Source: Selaginella moellendorffii
Lineage: Eukaryota; Plantae; Lycopodiophyta
Assembly: GCF_000143415.4 (NCBI RefSeq)
Contig: NW_003314724.1
Location: 1-5,517 of the forward strand
Direction of reading: 5' to 3'
Length of the DNA stretch: 5,517 bases
Part shown: piece by piece, positions 1 to 5,517 of the stretch
Position numbering within the stretch: position 1 is the first letter of the stretch
Layout: every line of letters begins with the position of its first letter
Program-made: the position numbers and the translations under genes
The notes under the pieces: generated by a model
Seen by the model: only the letters and a program-made list of their open reading frames with translations
Database searches by the model: none
What the model was told of the DNA's origin: nothing

Positions 1-10
1 AACCATATCT

Positions 11-148
11 ATTTGGGCCAGGGCCTGGCCAGCCATCTGAATTTGGGCCAGGCAGGGCCGACGTGGCAGGGGCAACCACGTGCGTGCATTTAATGGGCCT
101 AGAGCGGTCATAAATAGGCCCATTGTCCCAAATGCATGGCATGGGCCA
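11..148. promoter_or_regulatory. Cluster of site II-like TGGGCC motifs with G-box/ABRE-like motifs (promoter or transposon subterminal repeats)
   Basis: ATTTGGGCCAGG at 11-22 and 41-52; TGGGCC at 94 and 142 and on the reverse strand at 117-122; ACGTGGC at 61-67; CACGTG at 77-82. Confidence 0.35.
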
Positions 149-577
149 CATTTCTTCCTCCTTGTACTGGGTGGAAAAAAACTTGGAACCTCTGTCCAAC
201 ATGGACTAGTACTACCACTATTACTACTACTACCACAAATTCACTCATCCATCAAAACCATCCAGCCAAGCAAAGAACTTAAAATTCTGGTTTGACTAAC
301 ACTCAAGCTTATGAGTGTGTATGATTCAACATACTTGTATCAAGCCCTGTATGTACATTGGTAGACAAATCAAACAAACCCTCTAAGTACACAATTGCAA
401 CTGGGTGGTGTTTAGGGTTTGAAGATGGAATATTCTTTGCCTATACTACCACTCACCTGACCAGGTGGTTGCTCCATTGGGCATTGGAGATGGATTTATG
501 GCCACCGTACAAGCTACACACACCCCTAGCAAAATTTTCTAGGTCCTCTTAAATATACTACTGGCTTGTCAAGTGTC

Positions 578-599
578 TTATAGTTTAGTTATAGTTTAG
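578..599. repeat. 11-bp tandem duplication (TTATAGTTTAG)x2
   Basis: Exact adjacent copies at 578-588 and 589-599. Confidence 0.7.
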
Positions 600-733
600 T
601 AGAGCTGTTGTTCTAATAGTATTTTTTTGGATTTGATTATCGATCTCAAGTTTGGGATCAGCAAGATCTAAGCATCAGCAAGCGATCACCATAGTGTCGA
701 GTCTTTATTTTGCAAGTATACACTGTTGTATGG

Positions 734-764
734 CCTACGTAACGCGTAGGTGGTACAGCCCTAA
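734..764 (+). mobile_element. Candidate Helitron 3' terminus (hairpin + CTRR|T); the element would extend leftwards
   Basis: Hairpin CCTACG-TAACG-CGTAGG (734-750), 10-nt spacer, CTAA (761-764), followed by T. One T-to-C change gives CCTACGC-AAC-GCGTAGG, which has the GCAACGC core common in plant Helitron hairpins. Confidence 0.45.
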
Positions 765-1102
765 TGTCACCGACATTGCCCCCCGAAAAACATCTCCAGC
801 TCCCGATTTAAGGATCACACCTTACCAAGCACGAGCAGCAGTGAGCGCAGTAGTAGCAGCAGCAGAGAAGCATTGAGTTTGAGACGTCTCTCTCATGTCA
901 TTTAAGTAGAAAAAAGAGAGGGTTTTATTTTTTCTTTAAAGAAGACGAAGACCAAGAAACAAAACAAGTTAAATTCAAGGAGATTCAGTTGCTCTACGAT
1001 CACGGATCTCAAAAGATTCCCCCGCTGTTTTAAAAATACGCTGCTCTTTCAAGTCTTTGTCCGTGCTTGTAAAAGTTGCAGGCAAGCTGTGTGTTTTACC
1101 TC

Positions 1103-1214
1103 GTAAGTAGCCACCAAAGTCAAACAAGCAAAGCCAGCCAATGTGATACACATCGTATCAAGAAAATGCCCGCCACCTTTTCCTCTGTCTCTCTTTGCTT
1201 CGTTTTGTGTGTAG
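1103..1214 (+). other. Candidate 112-nt spliceosomal intron, possibly in the 5' UTR of PPR gene 1
   Basis: Consensus donor GTAAGT at 1103; long pyrimidine tract (ttttcctctgtctctctttgcttcgtttt) ending in gtgtgTAG at 1214. Confidence 0.3.
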
Positions 1215-1502
1215 TTTTTGTATCGTTTTGCAAGGGAAAGAAGAGCGCCCATGAAGGAATTTCCTTCCTGGTGTAGATGAAACACGAAATCCGGCTGTGT
1301 ACAAGTCAAACGCCAATCACAGAGAGTAAACTATGTTGTCTCGAGACCCGATCCCCAAGATAAGAAATGTTAGGACTACGCGTCATCACCAAGTTGGGAG
1401 AGAAAACTATAATTTATAGATGATCCTGATACTGCTCATGAAAAAGAGTTCCATTTCTCCACTAAGATTTCAATTGTCTCACATGTGATGTGCTGAGGAT
1501 CT

Positions 1503-2912
1503 ATGCAAGTGCACAATGTGGAGGAGATTCTTGCAAATCTATCGAGCACTTGCGATCTACTGGAGGGAAAGGTCCTCCACTTTCAGATCGAGAGAAGCCC
1601 GCATTGCCATGACAGATTGGTGGCCAACTTTCTTGTCCAAATGTACGGCAGATGCGGTAGCCTCGAAGACGCTCGGAAAGTTTTTGACACCCTTAGCAAT
1701 CCCAACGTTTTCTCCTGGACAATGCTCATCAAAGCATATGCCCAAAACGGGCATCTTGAAGGTGCACGAAGCATATTTGATGCGATGCCTATCCGAGATC
1801 TTGTCGCATGGAACACCATGATAAAACTTTATACAGACAATTTTCGTTTGGATTCGGCTAGAACAATGTTCAACCTTATGCCGCAAAGGGACGTTGTCTC
1901 CTGGAACTCCATGATCAAAGCAAATGCCCAATCCGGACATGTGGATAAGGCTAAAGATGTATTTGATTCCATGCCGGAACACAATTTGATCTCGTGGAAC
2001 TCGGTTCTCGCCACACTTGCTCAAGCTGGAAGAGAAGAAGCAGCGCAGGATGTGTTTGATCAAATGCAACTTCACGACCTAGTCTCGTGGACTGCGCTGC
2101 TCGTCGCATATACCCAAGCGGGGAATCTCCTTGTCGCAAAGTCAACGTTTGATAAAACGCCAGAACAAAACACAGTCTCGTGGACTGCCATGATTCAAGC
2201 CTATGCCCAACATCAGAAGCTTGAGGAGGCAAGATCGATGTTTGACGGAATGTTGGAAGACAAGGTGGTGTCGGGGAATGCAATGATTGCCGCATATGCT
2301 TTGGAGGGTCAACTGGAACAAGCAAAGCTCGTCTTCTGCGATCTCATGCCGGATCACAGCCTCGTTTCCTGGAACGCAATGGTGACGGCCTACACTCACA
2401 ATGGATTCTTCGCGATGGCCAAAGTGGTGTTTGAATCCATGCCTCACAAGAACACAGTGTCGTGGAACTGTCTGCTAGCGGGGATGAACCACCACGGAGC
2501 ATTTCGAAACCAAGCAAGCAAGTTCTTCCACCGGATGCCAAGCAGGGACTCCGTTTCGTGGACGAGCATGGTCGGAGACTTCGCCCAATTCGGGGAGTGC
2601 GAGCGAGCAATGGAGATGCTGCAAGCAATGGCTATGGAGGGTGTGCGATGGAGCTTCTGCGGCCAGCCCCTGACGAGCGCGCTCGTCGCTTGCAGCAACA
2701 CTGGGATGATCGGCGAGGCGAGAGTGCTGCTGCTAGCGGGGAGCTCAGATCACGGGCTTGATCCGTGGAGAGACCACTACTTTTATATCATCGACGTGCT
2801 GGGGCGAGCGGGGCTCATCACCTCCGCCCGAGATCTCGTCGCAAGCATGCAAGTCGCGGCAGATGATCCAGTCTGGGAGGCGCTGCTCAATGCGTGTAAT
2901 TCTAGATGTTAA
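1503..2912 (+). CDS. PLS-class PPR protein with a long SS-motif array (L-S-SSx9-P2-L2-S2-truncated E1); putative organellar RNA-editing specificity factor, possibly a truncated or decaying copy
   Basis: 469-aa uninterrupted ORF. Degenerate L motif (to aa 37). S motif RLVANFLVQMYGRCGSLEDARKVFDTLSNPN. Nine 31-32-aa repeats of the form xVSWNxMxxAYAQxGxLExAxxxFDxMPxRD (aa 69-349). Then P2 (SVSWTSMV...EGVRWS), L2 (LTSALVACSNTGMIGEA...HGLDP), S2 (DHYFYIIDVLGRAGLITSARDLVASM) and the start of E1 (DPVWEALLNAC) before TAA. An in-frame TGA at 1494-1496 bounds the ORF upstream. Confidence 0.93.
   Translation: MQVHNVEEILANLSSTCDLLEGKVLHFQIERSPHCHDRLVANFLVQMYGRCGSLEDARKVFDTLSNPNVFSWTMLIKAYAQNGHLEGARSIFDAMPIRDLVAWNTMIKLYTDNFRLDSARTMFNLMPQRDVVSWNSMIKANAQSGHVDKAKDVFDSMPEHNLISWNSVLATLAQAGREEAAQDVFDQMQLHDLVSWTALLVAYTQAGNLLVAKSTFDKTPEQNTVSWTAMIQAYAQHQKLEEARSMFDGMLEDKVVSGNAMIAAYALEGQLEQAKLVFCDLMPDHSLVSWNAMVTAYTHNGFFAMAKVVFESMPHKNTVSWNCLLAGMNHHGAFRNQASKFFHRMPSRDSVSWTSMVGDFAQFGECERAMEMLQAMAMEGVRWSFCGQPLTSALVACSNTGMIGEARVLLLAGSSDHGLDPWRDHYFYIIDVLGRAGLITSARDLVASMQVAADDPVWEALLNACNSRC
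1707..2549 (+). repeat. Coding tandem repeat: nine SS-type PPR motifs (93-96 bp period)
   Basis: Recurring (gtc)tc(g/c)tgga(a/c) ('VSWN/T') and tttga...atgcc ('FD.MP') at about 93-bp spacing. Seven units are 31 aa and two are 32 aa. Confidence 0.9.
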
Positions 2913-3582
2913 GAAAGATGATGGAATTAGTAAACTCTTTCCTTCTGCAAAACTACCAGATTCATAATTCAGGTGACTCTTTAGTCAATTGTAAAAGACT
3001 TAAGGCACAAGGGATATTTGTTTGTCATAAAGAACTTATTGTCTTGGCAAATAACAGGATACTTTTGCAAATTAGGTCATGTTGTGGAAAAATACTAAAA
3101 TTAATATTTAATATTAAATTAAAGTTTCAACATTTTAATATATAAAAAAATATTTTCTCAAGGAAAATGGTAACTACTTATAAAGTTTAATAGATTAAAT
3201 ATTTAAAATATTTATCTTTCCATCAAAATTTTACCCCTTTATACATCAATCCCAATGTTTTAGATGATTATAGAATATTTTTATAAACACTTTAGGTTAA
3301 AAGAAATTAAATGTACTCATTGTAAATAATCATAAAAGAACTAAATGAAAATAGTAAAGTTTAAAGTGATAATAATGCAGTTGATATTATAATTTATTAA
3401 AATTTAAAATATTAACATAATCAAAATAACATCAAATTGAATAAATATTTTCATAGTATACTAATTACTTATATTGCTCTTTCATGATATTGTATCATTT
3501 GATTGTACTGCAGTTTTTTCAAATGTTTTAAACTAAAAAAAATCTTTTATATTATTTTTATGAAATAATTTTAAATTATTAA

Positions 3583-3700
3583 CCTATATATATGTATAGG
3601 CTTTTTAAATTCAAGTATGATAAAAATAACTGCTGAAAAATTAAATTAAAATTAGCATAAATTAGAAGTTTAAGGTTTGGATAAACAGATTTTAGGGTTC
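3583..3700 (+). promoter_or_regulatory. Candidate core promoter of PPR gene 2 (TATA-like motif and telo-box-like motif)
   Basis: CCTATATATA at 3583-3592, about 125 bp upstream of the ATG. TTTAGGGTT at 3691-3699 is the reverse complement of AACCCTAAA. The AT-rich background weakens the TATA call. Confidence 0.3.
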
Positions 3701-3714
3701 TTTGGAGCAATGCG

Positions 3715-3885
3715 ATGGTTGGGGCGGCATTGCTGCTGCTACTGCCTGGGCGGGAGGCCTTCAGGTACTGCAATCTCCGCCTACATTCCTCCGGATTCAG
3801 GGGTGCTCGCAACGCCGTCGAGTCGGCGCAGTTCTCGCGGGTACTTAGGAGCAGCAGGATCAGCCACGCCGTCCTGGGGAGCGGC
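3715..3885 (+). other. Putative N-terminal organellar (plastid or mitochondrial) targeting peptide of PPR gene 2
   Basis: About 55 aa preceding the PPR motifs, rich in R, S, A and L with only two acidic residues in the first 55. An acidic stretch (EGFQELDEMLEK) follows. The boundary is approximate. Confidence 0.6.
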
Positions 3886-5517
3886 GAGGGATTCCAAGAG
3901 CTGGACGAGATGCTAGAGAAGATCGCCACGATGCCCGATCCATCGCAGGGATATGGCTTCGTTCTCAGGCAGATTGGCGAGCGCAAGGCGCTGGCACAGG
4001 GCAAGCGCGTCCATGCTCACATCTTGAGGACCAGGAAGTGGAAGTCGAGCACCGTCGTCTCCAATCTCCTCGTCCAGATGTATTGCCAGTGCGGCAGTGT
4101 GGATTTGGCGCGCGAGGTCTTCGCCGGCACGATCCATCGCAACGAGCAGTCGTGGAGCTCGATGATCGCGGGCTACGTCCACCATGGCCGCCACGGGGAA
4201 GCGCTCGATCTCTTCCTCAACCTGGAATGCGAGCAGCGCATCCAGCCTAATCGATCCATCTTCGCCAGCGCTCTCGCGGCTTGCACCCACTTGGGCGATC
4301 TGGAACATGGTCGAAGGATCCACGAGCGCATTCATCACTCCAAGATCGCTGGAGTTCACGACGTGGTGATCGGGAACGCATTGGTGACGATGTATGCCCG
4401 GTGTGGGGATTTGGTGTCGGCCCGTGAGTTTTTCGAGGGGATGCGAGAGAAGAATTCCATGTCGTGGAACGCTATCATCTCGGCTTACGTCCAAGGCGGC
4501 CATCCCCGGGAAGCTCTCGAGCTCTTTGCGAGGATGACAGGGAAGTTAAACAGCTTCGTTTTCGCCAGCGCTTTCACTGCTTGCTCGATGGTGGGAGAGA
4601 TTGATCTCGGTAAGAAACTCTATGCAAGGTTTGTCGAGAGCGGACTAAAGCCGGATTTGATCGTGCAGAACGCTCTGATGAGCATGTATGCCAAGTGTGG
4701 AGAGTTGGACGAGGCGAGGAGGATTTTTTTCGAGCTTCCAACGCGTGATGTCGGTGCATGGGCGTGTCTCATGGCCGGATATGCTCAGCACGGAGATGTC
4801 GCTCGGGCTCTCGAGCTCTACAACAGGATGAGAGACGAGAAGGTGGAGGCTAACGCGGCCATTTTCTCCACGCTCATCGCGGCTTGTTCCACTCTGAAAG
4901 AAGGTGAGCTTGTGAGAGACCTTGCCTTTGCTTGTGGATTTGAGGCTGATCCAATCGTGCAGGCTTCTCTGGTCGGAATGTATGGGAAGCACGGCAAGAT
5001 TGAGGAAGCGAGACGGATTTTTGATAACATTCATGGCGAAAACAAAGACGTGGCTGCCTGGTCGAGCATCATTTCGGCTTACGCTCGGCACGGGTTGACG
5101 GACGAGGCTTTGAGGCTGTTTTGGAGGATGGTTTCTCGAGGGGTGGAGCCGAATGCCATGATTTTCAAGAGCGTTATATGCTGCTGCGCGAGCGGTGAGG
5201 CTCTGGAGCAAGGCAAGGCCGTCCATGCACGGCTGAAGGAGAGCCCGAGCAGGGAAGACTCGGCAGTCCAGAACGCGCTCGTTGGGATGTATTGCAAGTG
5301 TGGGAGTCTGGACGATGCAAGAGCCGCCTTCGACGTGACCAAACGCAGAGATCGGCACACCTGGACGACCTTGATCATGGCTTACGTCCAGAAGAGGAAG
5401 CCGGAGAAAGCGCTGGAGCTTTATCACGGCATGGACGTGGAACCCGACGAGTTTATTCTTGCCAGTGTTGCAGCAGCTTGCTCCAGCTTAGGTTCTCTCG
5501 AGCAAGGCATGGCTGTC
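3715..5517 (+). CDS. PLS-class PPR protein (transit peptide + L-S-P triplets), 3' end beyond the window; putative organellar RNA-editing factor
   Basis: Manual translation from ATG 3715 (in-frame TAA at 3682-3684 upstream) stays open for 601 codons to the window end: MVGAALLLLLPGREAFRYCNLRLHSSGFRGARNAVESAQFSRVLRSSRISHAV...YGFVLRQIGERKALAQGKRVHAHI...VVSNLLVQMYCQCGSVDLAREVF...SWSSMIAGYVHHGRHGEALDLF...FASALAACTHLGDLEHGRRIHERI...IGNALVTMYARCGDLVSAREFFEGMREKNSMSWNAIISAYVQGGHPREALELF...VQNALVGMYCKCGSLDDARAAFD...WTTLIMAYVQKRKPEKALELYHGMDVEPDEFILASVAAACSSLGSLEQGMAV. This is five L-S-P triplets plus a partial L motif. Confidence 0.95.
   Translation, partial: MVGAALLLLLPGREAFRYCNLRLHSSGFRGARNAVESAQFSRVLRSSRISHAVLGSGEGFQELDEMLEKIATMPDPSQGYGFVLRQIGERKALAQGKRVHAHILRTRKWKSSTVVSNLLVQMYCQCGSVDLAREVFAGTIHRNEQSWSSMIAGYVHHGRHGEALDLFLNLECEQRIQPNRSIFASALAACTHLGDLEHGRRIHERIHHSKIAGVHDVVIGNALVTMYARCGDLVSAREFFEGMREKNSMSWNAIISAYVQGGHPREALELFARMTGKLNSFVFASAFTACSMVGEIDLGKKLYARFVESGLKPDLIVQNALMSMYAKCGELDEARRIFFELPTRDVGAWACLMAGYAQHGDVARALELYNRMRDEKVEANAAIFSTLIAACSTLKEGELVRDLAFACGFEADPIVQASLVGMYGKHGKIEEARRIFDNIHGENKDVAAWSSIISAYARHGLTDEALRLFWRMVSRGVEPNAMIFKSVICCCASGEALEQGKAVHARLKESPSREDSAVQNALVGMYCKCGSLDDARAAFDVTKRRDRHTWTTLIMAYVQKRKPEKALELYHGMDVEPDEFILASVAAACSSLGSLEQGMAV

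Noticed and set aside
411-420. TTTAGGG as a telomeric array
   Set aside because: Only a single unit (another at 3691-3697); at most a telo-box.
80-876. Short ORFs 80-295, 358-552 and 652-876
   Set aside because: Non-ATG starts in a eukaryotic context, low-complexity runs from CTA and GCA microsatellites, and no recognisable homology.
881-1267. Short palindromes GAGACGTCTC (881-890) and GAAGGAA-T-TTCCTTC (1253-1267)
   Set aside because: Too short and isolated to distinguish from chance, with no TIR/TSD or RNA-gene context.
1166-1276. 36-aa ORF MPATFSSVSLCFVLCVVFVSFCKG... resembling a signal peptide
   Set aside because: The hydrophobicity is explained by the T-rich pyrimidine tract (intron candidate), and no mature domain follows.
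1707-2549. 93-bp periodicity as a CRISPR array or satellite
   Set aside because: The units are degenerate, in frame and conserved at protein level; there are no identical repeats with unique spacers.
1516-2761. Alternate-frame and antisense ORFs within gene 1 (1516-1821, 1557-2075, 1951-2325, 2142-2447, 2462-2761 and others)
   Set aside because: Their periodicity mirrors the PPR repeats; no independent coding evidence.
2906-3145. 79-aa ORF as the frameshifted E2/DYW continuation of gene 1
   Set aside because: No E2, PG-box or HxE/CxxC motifs; the sequence is AT-rich and looks non-coding.
3913-5427. Long minus-strand ORFs (3913-4503, 196 aa; 4645-5427, 260 aa) and other short overlapping ORFs
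   Set aside because: Antisense or alternate-frame shadows of GC-rich PPR gene 2, with no recognisable domain.

Overview
Eukaryotic (land-plant) nuclear DNA carrying two tandem, intronless, + strand PLS-class pentatricopeptide repeat (PPR) genes, the family that supplies site-recognition factors for organellar C-to-U RNA editing. Gene 1 (1503-2912, 469 aa) reads L-S-(SS)x9-P2-L2-S2, then an E1 motif cut off after 15 aa. It has no E2/DYW domain and no obvious transit peptide. Gene 2 (3715 to beyond 5517, at least 601 aa) is missing from the ORF track because it has no stop codon in the window. It has a putative organellar transit peptide and five L-S-P triplets. The long SS run and the shortened 'MDVEPD'-type P motifs suggest a lycophyte such as Selaginella (inference). 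The genes are separated by about 800 bp of very AT-rich, CpG-free DNA that begins where gene 1 is truncated. The first 764 bp are hairpin-rich, partly CpG-depleted, and end in a motif resembling a Helitron 3' terminus. I see no clear evidence of a wholly new system. The most interesting points are the deaminase-less SS-array PPR, its readable RNA-target code and the transposon traces.
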